Source: Candidatus Multivoradales bacterium (lineage in GTDB: Bacteria > Acidobacteriota > Thermoanaerobaculia > Multivoradales > JAHEKO01). From it: 64,000 nt of DNA. The notes below the pieces were generated by a model. That model saw only the letters and a program-made list of their open reading frames with translations. It had not been told where the DNA came from and searched no databases. The stretch covers positions 160,001 through 224,000 of the forward strand of contig CBDCVR010000015.1 in assembly GCA_965223155.1 (NCBI GenBank), in the 5' to 3' direction. A program made the position numbers and the translations under genes. Position 1 is the first letter of the stretch, and the number at the start of each line of letters is the position of its first letter. Shown in pieces: positions 1 through 9,441 of the stretch.

Positions 1-605
1 GCGACCTCGTCGCCCAGAATGTCGTCGTGATCGCGGTAGCGCAGGGCGAGATCGGTGCGGCTCTCGAGCTGCCGGCTACGAACCTCGGGAGCCTCGAAGG
101 CGGCCAGGTTGAACCCTTGCTTACGCAGAAAGAGATCCGCCCGCCGCTGCGCTTCCCTCGACTCAAGATCGGGACGCTCCTCCTCCGGAGCCAGCCGCAT
201 CCTGAGCTGCGAGATGGAGCCATCTCCCGCGACCCGGACCCGGTACGTCCAATCGAGCGCCGCTGAGTCCCGCCGGTAGACGGTCACCTCCCAGACCATA
301 ATCTCGCGGCCGGGCGCGCTTGTTCGCAGCCGGGCGGCGTCGACGCTCTCAAGCGTCGCCTGGAGCCGCGGCTCGAGGATCGGGCTGGTGTCCAGGCGAG
401 TGACCACGTAGGGCACCGCCGGCAAGTCTGCCAGATCGGCTACCTTGTCGAGGGCGATGGCGGTCGCCTCTTCCTTGGAGATCTGCCAGTCGCCCGGGAA
501 CAGAGGATAGGCCCGCGGGAACGCCCAGAACAAGACCAGCGCGGCCAGCACCGCCGTGCCGACCCAGGCCAGATCTCGCAGGCGACGCTGTCTCTCGATT
601 GTCAT
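1..605 (-). CDS. Membrane-anchored protein, N-terminal part only (runs off the window start); function unknown
   Basis: Read by hand, not in the ORF track. ATG at 605 gives MTIERQRRLRDLAWVGTAVLAALVLFWAFPRAYPLFPGDWQISKEEA..., open to base 1, with an N-terminal hydrophobic helix. Confidence 0.7.
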   Translation of the reverse strand, partial: MTIERQRRLRDLAWVGTAVLAALVLFWAFPRAYPLFPGDWQISKEEATAIALDKVADLADLPAVPYVVTRLDTSPILEPRLQATLESVDAARLRTSAPGREIMVWEVTVYRRDSAALDWTYRVRVAGDGSISQLRMRLAPEEERPDLESREAQRRADLFLRKQGFNLAAFEAPEVRSRQLESRTDLALRYRDHDDILGDEV

Positions 606-704
606 GGCAGACGTTTGGCGGTGAGCCGCGGCTCTCCTATCGGTCGATACGCGCGCCTCCGGGCAAGGTTGCAGGCCCAATCTCCGCCACGTCCGGCGTC
701 TCCG

Positions 705-1952
705 TCAGAACGCTTCGACGATGGCGGCGGCGAACTCGGAGGTCTTGACCTGGGTCGCTCCCCGCATCTGACGGGCCAGATCGTAGGTGACGCGCTTCTC
801 GGAGATGGCCGCCGCGACGCCCTTCTCGACCAGGTCCGCGGCTTCGTGCCAGGCCAGCCAGCGCAGCAGCATCACGCCGGAGAGAATCAGCGACCCGGGA
901 TTCACCTTGTCTTGATCAGCATACTTGGGCGCGGTGCCGTGGGTCGCTTCGAACAGCGCCAGGCCGTCCCCTTCGTTGCTGCCGGGCGCCATGCCCAGAC
1001 CGCCGACTTGCGCCGCCAATGCGTCCGACAGGTAGTCGCCGTTGAGATTCGTAGTGGCGATGATCTGGTACTCGGCCGGCCGTAGCAACACCTGCTGGAA
1101 CATCGCGTCGGCGATACGGTCCTTGATCAGGATCTTGCCCTCGGGCAGCTTGCCATCCAACTCGTCCCAGAGCTCCGCCTCGGACACCGTTTCCTCGGCG
1201 AACTCCTCGCGGGCCACCTCGTAGCCCCAGTCCCGAAAGGCGCCTTCCGTGTACTTCATGATGTTGCCCTTGTGCATCAGCGTGACGTCGGTTCTGCCCT
1301 GGGCGACCGCGTGGTCGATCGCCTTGCGAACCAAGCGCTTGCTGCCGCTTTCGGACACCGGCTTGACGCCGATTCCGGAATCTAGCCGCACCCGCTTGCC
1401 CAGCTCGGCCTGCAGGAACTTGATGAGCTTCTCGGCGCCGCTCGATCCCTCCTCCCACTCGATGCCGGCGTAAACGTCCTCGGTGTTCTCGCGAAAGATC
1501 ACCATGTTGACCTTCTTGGCGTCCCGGACGGGCGAGGGAACTCCCTTGATGTGGCGGACCGGACGCACGCAGGCGTAGAGATCCAGCACCTGGCGCAGAG
1601 TGACGTTGAGGCTTCGGAAGCCGCCGCCGACCGGTGTCGTGAGCGGGCCCTTGATCGCCGCCCGAAACTGCTTGATCGCATCGAACGTTTCTTGCGGGAG
1701 CCATTCGTCGAACTTGGCCTTGGCCTTCTCGCCAGCGAAGACCTCGAACCAGGCCACCGAGCGCGAACCGCCGTAGGCTTCCTCCACGGCGGCGTCCAGA
1801 ACCATCCGGGTCGCTCGCCAGATGTCGGGCCCGATGCCGTCACCTTCGATGAACGGAATGATGGGCCGGTCCGGAATCTCGAGCTGACTGTCGCGGAAGG
1901 TGATCTCGCCACCGTCCGCGGGTGGAGTGAGTCGGCCGATCCTGTTGCTCAA
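705..1952 (-). CDS. icd: Isocitrate dehydrogenase, NADP-dependent (E. coli-type homodimeric)
   Basis: [53 protein letters not shown], and HGTAPKY (KY = NADP signature). Confidence 0.96.
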   Translation of the reverse strand: MSNRIGRLTPPADGGEITFRDSQLEIPDRPIIPFIEGDGIGPDIWRATRMVLDAAVEEAYGGSRSVAWFEVFAGEKAKAKFDEWLPQETFDAIKQFRAAIKGPLTTPVGGGFRSLNVTLRQVLDLYACVRPVRHIKGVPSPVRDAKKVNMVIFRENTEDVYAGIEWEEGSSGAEKLIKFLQAELGKRVRLDSGIGVKPVSESGSKRLVRKAIDHAVAQGRTDVTLMHKGNIMKYTEGAFRDWGYEVAREEFAEETVSEAELWDELDGKLPEGKILIKDRIADAMFQQVLLRPAEYQIIATTNLNGDYLSDALAAQVGGLGMAPGSNEGDGLALFEATHGTAPKYADQDKVNPGSLILSGVMLLRWLAWHEAADLVEKGVAAAISEKRVTYDLARQMRGATQVKTSEFAAAIVEAF

Positions 1953-2089
1953 CTGAACGATCCTCCTGCCGGCCCGCCGCGAGCCGAATCGATGGAATCA
2001 CCGGAGCTGAATCCCACCTCGGACCCCGGCGAAAAGGGCCATGAACGTATCACAGGCTTCGGGTGCTCCAGAGCGTCCGTGGCGGCCTC

Positions 2090-2104
2090 TGGCACGGCAT
2101 TCGC
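2090..2104 (+). promoter_or_regulatory. Candidate sigma54 (-24/-12) promoter upstream of cdd
   Basis: TGGCACGGCATTCGC versus consensus TGGCACG-N4-TTGC: one mismatch, correct GG-N10-GC spacing. Confidence 0.35.
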
Positions 2105-2146
2105 GCCCGCGCCGCGACCGGCCCAACGTGGTACATTCCTCGGCCC

Positions 2147-2557
2147 ATGGTCAGCTCGGTGTCTCCGCGACAACTGATCGAGGCCGCGATCGAGGCCCGC
2201 TCGCGCGCCTACTCCCCGTATAGCTCATTTGCCGTGGGCGCCGCCGTGGCCACCGAAGACGGCACGCTCTTTACCGGCTGTAACGTCGAGAATCGCACCT
2301 TCGGGCTTACAGTGTGCGCCGAGCGGACAGCAACGCTGACCGCGGTCGCCGCCGGTCACCGGCGGATCACCGCGGTCGCAGTGGTGGCCGACGCCGATCC
2401 GCCGGCCGCCCCGTGCGGACCCTGCCGCGAGGTGCTCCACGAGTTCGGCACTCCGGATCTCGTGGTCTTCACGGTCAACGTTGCCGGAGCTGCCGAGGAG
2501 CACCGTCTAGCCGAGCTCCTGCCGCATCCGTTCGAATTCGAGCCTCCGGCCCGATAG
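2147..2557 (+). CDS. cdd: Cytidine deaminase (homotetrameric type)
   Basis: AYSPYSSFAVGAA, GCNVEN, CAER, PCGPCRE zinc motifs. Start moved to ATG 2147. Confidence 0.93.
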   Translation: MVSSVSPRQLIEAAIEARSRAYSPYSSFAVGAAVATEDGTLFTGCNVENRTFGLTVCAERTATLTAVAAGHRRITAVAVVADADPPAAPCGPCREVLHEFGTPDLVVFTVNVAGAAEEHRLAELLPHPFEFEPPAR

Positions 2558-2702
2558 CGACGAGTCCGGTGGTCGCGGTTTCCGGGATCGCCGAGCTCGC
2601 GCCGTGCCGCTTCCGTCTCGCCCGGCGATCCAGAAGAGGCGGCCGCGAAGACGGAACCACCCGAAGCGCCAAGCGACGATTCCGAGATCTCGATCGGGCT
2701 AG
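2555..2702. repeat. Structured intergenic element between convergent cdd and mqnD; possible degenerate member of the repeat family or a bidirectional terminator
   Basis: Inverted pairs GGTGGT/ACCACC, GGATCGCCG/CGGCGATCC and TTCCGTCT/AGACGGAA. Shares GGTGGTCGCG (2568-2577) with the 27923 element and ends on a CTAG stop. Confidence 0.4.
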
Positions 2703-3556
2703 AGCTCGACGAAGTCGGGGGTCACGTCCCGGTCGATGATGCCTTCGGCCACGCCGCGAGCCAGGAGCTCGCGCACTGCCTGCCGGCCGGCCTCTCCGTA
2801 GTCCTGGGTCCACTCATTGACGTACATCCCGACGAAGCGATCCGACCGCACCCGATCCTGCTCGATGTCCCGGGCGTAGCGGATAGCGTAGTCCAGGGCC
2901 CGCTCGCGGTGCTCGAGCGCGTAGTCGATACTCGCCCGCAGCAGCCGCGAGAGGCGCACCTGGAGGTCCTCGGGCAGGTCCGAGCGGATGGCGTTGGCGC
3001 CCAGCGGCAACGGACCGCCGGTCTCCCCGTGCCACCAGCGGCCCAGATCCTCGATGGCATGAAGACCCCGGTCTTCAAACGTTAGCTGCCCTTCGTGGAT
3101 GACCACACCCGCCCGGGCCTCACCGGACTCGACCGCTTCGAAGATGCGGTCGAAGGGCACGACCACGGTCTCGACCCGCGGGTTCCATATCCGCAGCGCC
3201 AGGTGCGCGGTGGTGAGCTGGCCCGGAATCGCCACGGTCGCGCCGTCCAGATCGGACGCAGTCAAGTCGGACGACGCCACCACGACCGGACCATAGCCGT
3301 CGCCGAAGCTGGCGCCGCAAGGCATCAGCCGGTAGCGGTCGGCGAGGTACGGATAGGCGTGAAACGAGATCGCGGTGATCTCGTACCGGCCCTCGAAGGC
3401 CGCCTGATTCAGAGTCTCGATGTCTTCCAGCTTGTGCTCGATATCGAGCCCCTCGGTATCCAGCACGTCCTGGGTCAGAGCGAAAAACATGAACGCATCG
3501 TCCGAGTCGGGACTATGCGCGATGCGGATCTTGCGAGCTTCTCCGGTTGGGGTCAC
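2699..3556 (-). CDS. mqnD: MqnA/MqnD-family protein, most like 1,4-dihydroxy-6-naphthoate synthase (futalosine menaquinone pathway)
   Basis: AHSPDSDDAFMF, DIETLN, GASFGDGYGP, TTA, IHEGQLT, LPLGAN, MYVN. Confidence 0.85.
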   Translation of the reverse strand: MTPTGEARKIRIAHSPDSDDAFMFFALTQDVLDTEGLDIEHKLEDIETLNQAAFEGRYEITAISFHAYPYLADRYRLMPCGASFGDGYGPVVVASSDLTASDLDGATVAIPGQLTTAHLALRIWNPRVETVVVPFDRIFEAVESGEARAGVVIHEGQLTFEDRGLHAIEDLGRWWHGETGGPLPLGANAIRSDLPEDLQVRLSRLLRASIDYALEHRERALDYAIRYARDIEQDRVRSDRFVGMYVNEWTQDYGEAGRQAVRELLARGVAEGIIDRDVTPDFVEL

Positions 3557-3586
3557 GACAGGTCTCCTCGTAGGTCGATAGGTGGT

Positions 3587-4693
3587 TCAGGGGGCGGCGT
3601 CGAGCCGGGTCGCCGGTTGAGCGCGCGCCGGGGAATCGGGCTCGACCAGCCCGACCAGGTCGATGAGCTCGACCGCAGGCTCCAGGACGCCGACCTCGAG
3701 GCCGGCGTGGCTCGCGATCGGCACCCTGTAGTGCTCCTCGAGCCCGCTCAGCTCCTCGGCGCTCAAGCAGCCGCTCTGACGCAAGATCTCGAGCACCACG
3801 CCGCCGCGGCAGGCCTCGGAACCGTCGGCGATCTTGAGCGCCACACCCAGGGCCACGGGGCCGCGAACCGCGGCCGCGTAGAACCCCTTGGCGCCTTCCT
3901 TGCCGAGCACCCGGCCGCCGGTGGCATCGATCAGATCCGTGGTGAAGCGGCCGGGGCCGGCAACGAGTCGCGGATGGGCGGCGATCGCGGCGGCGATCCG
4001 CTCCAGCCAGGCGCGGTAGTCGGGCTCGACTCCAGCCGCCGCCGGGTCGGCCAGGGCGGCGTACAGGCGCGCCGCCGCCACCACCGGCAGACGGTAGGCC
4101 GGCAATCCGCAGCCATCCACCCCGACCTCGACGTCATCGGCCTCGACGCCGGCCAAGCGCGCCAACAGCTCGAGCGATTGCCGCTGAAGCGGATGCTCGG
4201 CCTCCAGGTAGGACTCCGTGGGGTACTCCTCCAGGCTACAGGCCAAGAGCTGGCCCACATGGTTGCCGGAACAGTTGTTCGTCAGCGGCGTCGACTCCCA
4301 CTCAACGTCATCGAGAGCGGGCGCCATCGGAGCATGACAGCCGCAGGCGAGATCGCCGGGCTCGAAGCCGCCCTTGGCCAGCAATCCGGAGACGATCTCG
4401 GTGTGCTCCGGCCGGCCGGTGTGGGAAGCGCACATCACCGCGATCTCGGCGTCGGTCAGGCGGAAGCGCTCGATCCCACCTGCCGCTAGTAGGGGCAAGA
4501 GCTGGATCGGCTTGGCCGCCGAGCGCAAGAAGGCCCGCCGTCCGGAATCGCCCGCGGCCGCGACCAGGCGGCCCTCCGGAGTCACGACCGCCGCCACTCC
4601 CAGGAAGACGTTGTCTAGATGACCCCCACGGCGCGATTCGGCCAGTAAGGCCAGACCCCGAGCCGGGCCTGCGTCTCTCTCGACGGAGCCCAT
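3587..4693 (-). CDS. L-asparaginase II family (class 3, Rhizobium etli type)
   Basis: RSAAKPIQ, CASH, NNCSGNH, DGCGLP, GKEGA, ALKIADG. Confidence 0.85.
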   Translation of the reverse strand: MGSVERDAGPARGLALLAESRRGGHLDNVFLGVAAVVTPEGRLVAAAGDSGRRAFLRSAAKPIQLLPLLAAGGIERFRLTDAEIAVMCASHTGRPEHTEIVSGLLAKGGFEPGDLACGCHAPMAPALDDVEWESTPLTNNCSGNHVGQLLACSLEEYPTESYLEAEHPLQRQSLELLARLAGVEADDVEVGVDGCGLPAYRLPVVAAARLYAALADPAAAGVEPDYRAWLERIAAAIAAHPRLVAGPGRFTTDLIDATGGRVLGKEGAKGFYAAAVRGPVALGVALKIADGSEACRGGVVLEILRQSGCLSAEELSGLEEHYRVPIASHAGLEVGVLEPAVELIDLVGLVEPDSPARAQPATRLDAAP

Positions 4694-4699
4694 AGCGCG

Positions 4700-6685
4700 C
4701 TACGCCGGAACCAGGGCGAACATCCCTGGCGTATAGGCGGTGATCCGGCCGGCAAAGGCCGACGCTGCCACGGTGAGCGGTGACGCCAGGTACAGCCTTC
4801 CGGGCCCCGAGCGGCCCTTGTAGTTGCGATTGATCGCCGACACTGTGACTTGGTCGGGACTCTCCGAGACTCCGGGACCGCAGCCGATGCAAGCGCCACA
4901 GCCTGGCTGAATGAGGCGTACGCCGGCGCGCTCGAAGATTTCGACGTAGCCCCGGTCGCGGCAGTACCGCTCGACCTCGGCCGAACCGAACTGAATCAAG
5001 AACTGGACGCCGGGGGCCACCTCGACGCCGTTGTTCACGGCTTCGCGAACGACCCGGTGGTAGAACTCCAGATCGTCGATCTTGCCGGCGGTACAGCTGC
5101 CGCCGTAGGCGATCTGGACGGGCACGTCGCCCAGGTCCTCGACCCGGGCCCCGTTGGTGGGATCCGAGGGCACGCCCCCGTCGGGGTCTCCGGGATGCGC
5201 GACCATGGGCTGGATTGTGGCCAGGTCGATCGTGTAGCGGCCGCCGCCGTACACGGCGTCAGGATGCGGCGCGACCGCCTGGGCCTCCAGCTCCTCACGG
5301 GAAACACCCGGCCTGCGCGCGAGCAGATACTCGTAGGTCTTGGCATCGGCTTCGACGATAGCGGTCCGCGCCGAGCACTCGGTGGCCATGTTGGTCAGAG
5401 TCGCGCGCTCGTCCATGGACAGCGCCGCAAGACCCGGTCCGCCGAATTCCATAACCCGCTTCAGGGTTTTCTGCGGCTTGGCGAACTCCAGCAGAATGTA
5501 GAGCATCAAGTCCTTGGCGGTCACGGTGTCGGCTAGCTCGCCCACCAGATCGAAGCGAATCGTCTCGGGAACCTCGACCGTGGTGAGACCGGCGTGGACG
5601 AGATTCGCGTACTCGGTGGCGCCAACGCCCCAGGCCAGGGCGTTGTTGCAGCCGCCCATGCAGGTATGGCTGTCCGTGGCTTGCACGAACTGACCTGGCG
5701 AGATCAGTTGGTCGCGGGCGACCTCATGGCAGATCCCCGGAGACACACCGTCGCGAGCCGAGTAATCGCGGACTCCGGCCTGCTCCTGGAAGACGCGTTG
5801 CATCTCGCGAAGAACGTCGATCTTGGCCACGAACGGCCTCATCTTGGGCACCTCGTCGGCATAGATCAGGTGGTCTTCGAAAACGGCGAAGTGCTCGGGA
5901 TTGCGAATCTCGTAGCCCGGGCCGAACTCCTCCTCCAGAAAATAATGGACCTGGGCGGTGGTGAACTCGTGGGAGTAGCCGCGGTCGACCGACACCACTA
6001 GGGCGTCGCCGGGCTTGACGTACGGCGTCGGAGTCACGGCGTGGCGGGCCAGAATGGTTTCGGCCATGGTCATGGGCCGGGGCTCGGTCGCAACCTCGGG
6101 CAGCTCGATCTCGCCAGCGGCTAGCGCCCGCGAGAACGCGAAGAGGCCGCCCGAGCGCACCTTGAGCTGGGTAATCGGATCGTAGCGGGAGTAGAAGGTC
6201 TCGAGCGGAATCTCCTCGCCCGCCTCGAGCCGCTCGAGCACCGCGTGGTCCGTCATGAGCACGCCCTGATTGATGTTGTTGGCGGCGTGAATCGGAGCGA
6301 ACGACGCCGCCACCGCGATCCGGATGCCGGACCACTTCTCCGCCTGAACCGCGGTCTCACGGGAGCTGCCGACGCCCTTGCGCAGCCCCGAGACGATCAC
6401 CTCGAAGTTGCCGTCGCGCAAGGCGTCGCGAGGAAAGACCCGTTCGCCGTCGACGATGAGCCCGGCGTAGGCGTCCCGGGCGAGATCCTCCGGCCGATGC
6501 GAGAAGCACACCCAAGCCGGCGTCATGACGTCGGTGTTGATGTCGTCCAGAAGGTCCTCCACCCTCAGGTGGGCCATGCGCAAGTCCAACTCGCCCGCCA
6601 ACTGGCGGCGGATCAGCTCGGCGTCCTTGGTCAGGTAGAGGACGCGCTTGCCCGGGGTCAAACGTATGGGTTCGGCAGGATTCAT
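4700..6685 (-). CDS. Aconitase-superfamily [4Fe-4S] hydro-lyase: LeuD-like swivel domain fused N-terminally to a LeuC-like large subunit
   Basis: N-terminal DINTD and GVGSSRE. C-terminal DH, GICH, TDSHT, GGSCT, GCGAC, NRNYKGRSG, LASP. Start taken at ATG 6685. Confidence 0.85.
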   Translation of the reverse strand: MNPAEPIRLTPGKRVLYLTKDAELIRRQLAGELDLRMAHLRVEDLLDDINTDVMTPAWVCFSHRPEDLARDAYAGLIVDGERVFPRDALRDGNFEVIVSGLRKGVGSSRETAVQAEKWSGIRIAVAASFAPIHAANNINQGVLMTDHAVLERLEAGEEIPLETFYSRYDPITQLKVRSGGLFAFSRALAAGEIELPEVATEPRPMTMAETILARHAVTPTPYVKPGDALVVSVDRGYSHEFTTAQVHYFLEEEFGPGYEIRNPEHFAVFEDHLIYADEVPKMRPFVAKIDVLREMQRVFQEQAGVRDYSARDGVSPGICHEVARDQLISPGQFVQATDSHTCMGGCNNALAWGVGATEYANLVHAGLTTVEVPETIRFDLVGELADTVTAKDLMLYILLEFAKPQKTLKRVMEFGGPGLAALSMDERATLTNMATECSARTAIVEADAKTYEYLLARRPGVSREELEAQAVAPHPDAVYGGGRYTIDLATIQPMVAHPGDPDGGVPSDPTNGARVEDLGDVPVQIAYGGSCTAGKIDDLEFYHRVVREAVNNGVEVAPGVQFLIQFGSAEVERYCRDRGYVEIFERAGVRLIQPGCGACIGCGPGVSESPDQVTVSAINRNYKGRSGPGRLYLASPLTVAASAFAGRITAYTPGMFALVPA

Positions 6686-6853
6686 CGACAGGCGGGAGGC
6701 TTCGCGCCCGGCGAAGCGGACGCCGAGTCTATCGCGTTCCAGCCCCGCGCTCACCGACGTGCCGCCGAGATTCGAGGGGCACGGCGCTCTCGAAACCGGC
6801 CCGGATTCGGCGCGGCGCTTGCCCTGGCTCCCCAGGCCCCGTAGGTTACGGCC

Positions 6854-8011
6854 ATGAGGGCCGCGCAACAGGACGATGTCGAAGCGCTCTTGGGCCGGCT
6901 GGTCGCCGTGGACTCGACCAGCTCGCGCTCCAACCGTGCTCTTGTCGACAGGATCTGCGAGCGGCTCGATGGACCCGGCGTGACGCTCGAGCGGCTGGAA
7001 GACGACGGCAAGATCGAGCTGGTCGCCCGCGCCGGTCCACCGCCGCTCGCGGCCGAACGAGCCGGCTTGGTGCTCTCAGGGCATACCGACACTGTGCCGG
7101 CCGGCGAGCCCGGCTGGCGCTCGGACCCCTTTGCGCTCGCCGACGGCGGCGACCGCTGGTTCGGGCGCGGCACCTGCGACATGAAGGGATTTCTGGCGCT
7201 GGCGATCGAAACCTTCGGCCGGTTCGCCCAGGCCGACCTGACCGCGCCGCTGGTCCTGCTTCTGACCTCGGACGAGGAAGTCGGGTCGTTGGGCGCCCAG
7301 CGCCTGGCCCGCCGGCTAGATCCGCAGGAACTACCCCGAGCTTGCGTCATCGGCGAACCGACGTCCCTCGCCCTCGTTCACCGACACAAGGGGCACCTTC
7401 GCCTCCGGCTCGACCTGGGCGGCATCGCGGCGCATAGCGGCTTTCCCCACCGGGGCGCCAGCGCCATCGAGGCCGCCGGTCCGGCCCTTGCCGCGCTGAG
7501 CGAGCTCCAGGCCGCTTGGCGGGACGATCGCTCACGGCGCGACCAAGATCTGGAGGTACCCTGGCTGACGCTCAACGTGGGCACGATTCGGGGCGGCCGG
7601 GCGGTCAACATCGTCGCCGACGAGTGCGTCCTGGAAATCGGCGTGCGACCGCTGCCGGGAGTGGCCTCGGCGGCCCTGGTCGAGGAGATACGAACCGTCC
7701 TTGCCGACTCCCTGGACGAGCTCCCCGACATCCGCTGGAGCCTCGAGATCGAGAACGACAGTCCGTCGATGCTGACGCCGGCGACGGCGCGCTTGCCCAG
7801 CGAGCTGGCCGAGCTTCTCGGCGTTGCGCCCACGGGCACGTCCTTCGCCAGCGATGGAGGCGCTTTCCAGGAGCTCGGCCTCGAATCCGTGCTCTGGGGC
7901 CCGGGCTCGATCGAGGTCGCCCACAAACCCAACGAGTATCTGCCCAAGGACGAGCTCTACCGTGCCGGCGCCGTCCTCGACGAGCTGGTGCGGAGGTTCT
8001 GCGCCTCATGA
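6854..8011 (+). CDS. argE: Acetylornithine deacetylase-like M20 metallo-deacylase
   Basis: SGHTDTVP, GRGTCDMKG, DEEVG, IGEPT, AHKPNE. Confidence 0.85.
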   Translation: MRAAQQDDVEALLGRLVAVDSTSSRSNRALVDRICERLDGPGVTLERLEDDGKIELVARAGPPPLAAERAGLVLSGHTDTVPAGEPGWRSDPFALADGGDRWFGRGTCDMKGFLALAIETFGRFAQADLTAPLVLLLTSDEEVGSLGAQRLARRLDPQELPRACVIGEPTSLALVHRHKGHLRLRLDLGGIAAHSGFPHRGASAIEAAGPALAALSELQAAWRDDRSRRDQDLEVPWLTLNVGTIRGGRAVNIVADECVLEIGVRPLPGVASAALVEEIRTVLADSLDELPDIRWSLEIENDSPSMLTPATARLPSELAELLGVAPTGTSFASDGGAFQELGLESVLWGPGSIEVAHKPNEYLPKDELYRAGAVLDELVRRFCAS

Positions 8012-9363
8012 GTCGCCCGCGCCTGATCGAGGCCGCTCTGACTTGGATCGACGGCGCCTTTGCGCCCGCAACCCAGGTCCGGATCGACGAGCGCGGGGTT
8101 ATTGAATCAGTGGGGGCATCAGTGGGTACGTCCGACGGCGAACGGACCGGCGCTGAAAAGCCTGACCTGATCCTCCCGACGAGCGCGCTCCTGCCGGGAA
8201 TGGTGAGCGCTCACTCGCACAGCTTTCAGCGCGGACTGCGCGGCCACGGTCAGAGCTTTCCAGCCGGGGCCGGTGATTTCTGGACCTGGCGGGAGGCCAT
8301 GTACGAGCTTGCCGGGAGCCTGGACGTGACCCGGTTCCGCCGGCTCGTCGGCCTGACCTTTGACGAGCTCCGCCGTGCCGGGGTGACCACGATCGGGGAG
8401 TTTCACTACCTCCACCACGTCGACGGAACCGATTTCGGCTTCGACGAGATCCTGCTCGAAGAAGCCGCCGCAAGCGGTATCCGCATCGTCTTGCTCGAGG
8501 TCTTCTACCGCACGGGCGGGCCGGGCCAGCCGCTCGAAGGTGCCCAAAGTCGCTTCGCCACGGAAACCATCGACGGCCTCCTGGCCCAAGCCGAGCGCCT
8601 GGCCCGCCAAACAGGACCGGCCCAGAGCCTGGGTCTCGCGGCGCACAGTCTGCGCGCGGCCCGTCCCGAGGAGATCCGAGCCCTCTACCGGGAGGCCCGG
8701 CGCCGCGGCTGGCCCTTCCACATCCACGTCGAAGAGCAGCCGGCCGAAGTCGAGGAGGTCGTCGCCGCCTACGGCAGCCGGCCGCTGCGTCTGATTAGCG
8801 ACACCCTGGGGGAGAGCGACAGCGTGACCGCGGTCCACTGTACCCACTCGCCGGCCGCGGACCTGACGGACTTCGACCGGGCCGGTGGCAGGGTCTGCCT
8901 CTGCCCCACCACCGAGGCGGATCTCGCCGACGGTCTGCCCGACCTAGGCGCCATCCTCGAAGGCCGCCAGGATCCCTGCCTGGGCAGCGACTCGAACCTG
9001 CGCCTTTCCATGTCCGAGGAGATGCGCTGGCTGGAATGGGGGCAGCGGCTGACCAGCGGCCGTCGGGGACGGGTAACTGCGGACGATGGCCGCTGTGGTG
9101 CGCGCCTGTTCGAGCTCGCCACCCGGGCCGGGGCCGCCAGCCTGGGGCTTGAGGCCGGACGAATCGCCCCGGGGGATGCCGCCGATTTCTTCGAGCTCGA
9201 TCTCACCCACCCCGCTCTGGCAGAGACCACGCCCGAGACCCTGCTCGACGCCTTCGTTTTCGGCGGCGCAGACGAAGCCGTAACTGCCACCACTGTTGCC
9301 GGTGAGCGGACCCGGCATCGCGAGTCGGGGGACCCGGGGAATCCGGGCCGCCAGGTTTGTTGA
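8008..9363 (+). CDS. hutF: Formimidoylglutamate deiminase-like amidohydrolase
   Basis: AHSHSFQR, FWTWREAMY, EFHYLH, HSLRA, HIHVEEQ, CPTTEADLADG, GSDS. ATGA overlap with argE. Confidence 0.85.
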   Translation: MSRPRLIEAALTWIDGAFAPATQVRIDERGVIESVGASVGTSDGERTGAEKPDLILPTSALLPGMVSAHSHSFQRGLRGHGQSFPAGAGDFWTWREAMYELAGSLDVTRFRRLVGLTFDELRRAGVTTIGEFHYLHHVDGTDFGFDEILLEEAAASGIRIVLLEVFYRTGGPGQPLEGAQSRFATETIDGLLAQAERLARQTGPAQSLGLAAHSLRAARPEEIRALYREARRRGWPFHIHVEEQPAEVEEVVAAYGSRPLRLISDTLGESDSVTAVHCTHSPAADLTDFDRAGGRVCLCPTTEADLADGLPDLGAILEGRQDPCLGSDSNLRLSMSEEMRWLEWGQRLTSGRRGRVTADDGRCGARLFELATRAGAASLGLEAGRIAPGDAADFFELDLTHPALAETTPETLLDAFVFGGADEAVTATTVAGERTRHRESGDPGNPGRQVC

Positions 9364-9388
9364 CTCATCGGTATGTTAAGTTTATGAT
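9360..9388 (+). promoter_or_regulatory. Sigma70-type promoter for the response regulator
   Basis: TTGACT (9360-9365), 17 bp, TATGAT (9383-9388), in a locally AT-rich stretch. Confidence 0.75.
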
Positions 9389-9421
9389 TTCGTGAGCCTC
9401 TCCTCTGAATTTCTTGAGCCT
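9387..9421 (+). promoter_or_regulatory. 13-bp direct repeat, candidate operator
   Basis: ATTTCGTGAGCCT (9387-9399) and ATTTCTTGAGCCT (9409-9421): 12/13 identical, 22-bp period. Confidence 0.5.
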
Positions 9422-9441
9422 TTCGACTTGCGAGGTACCGC

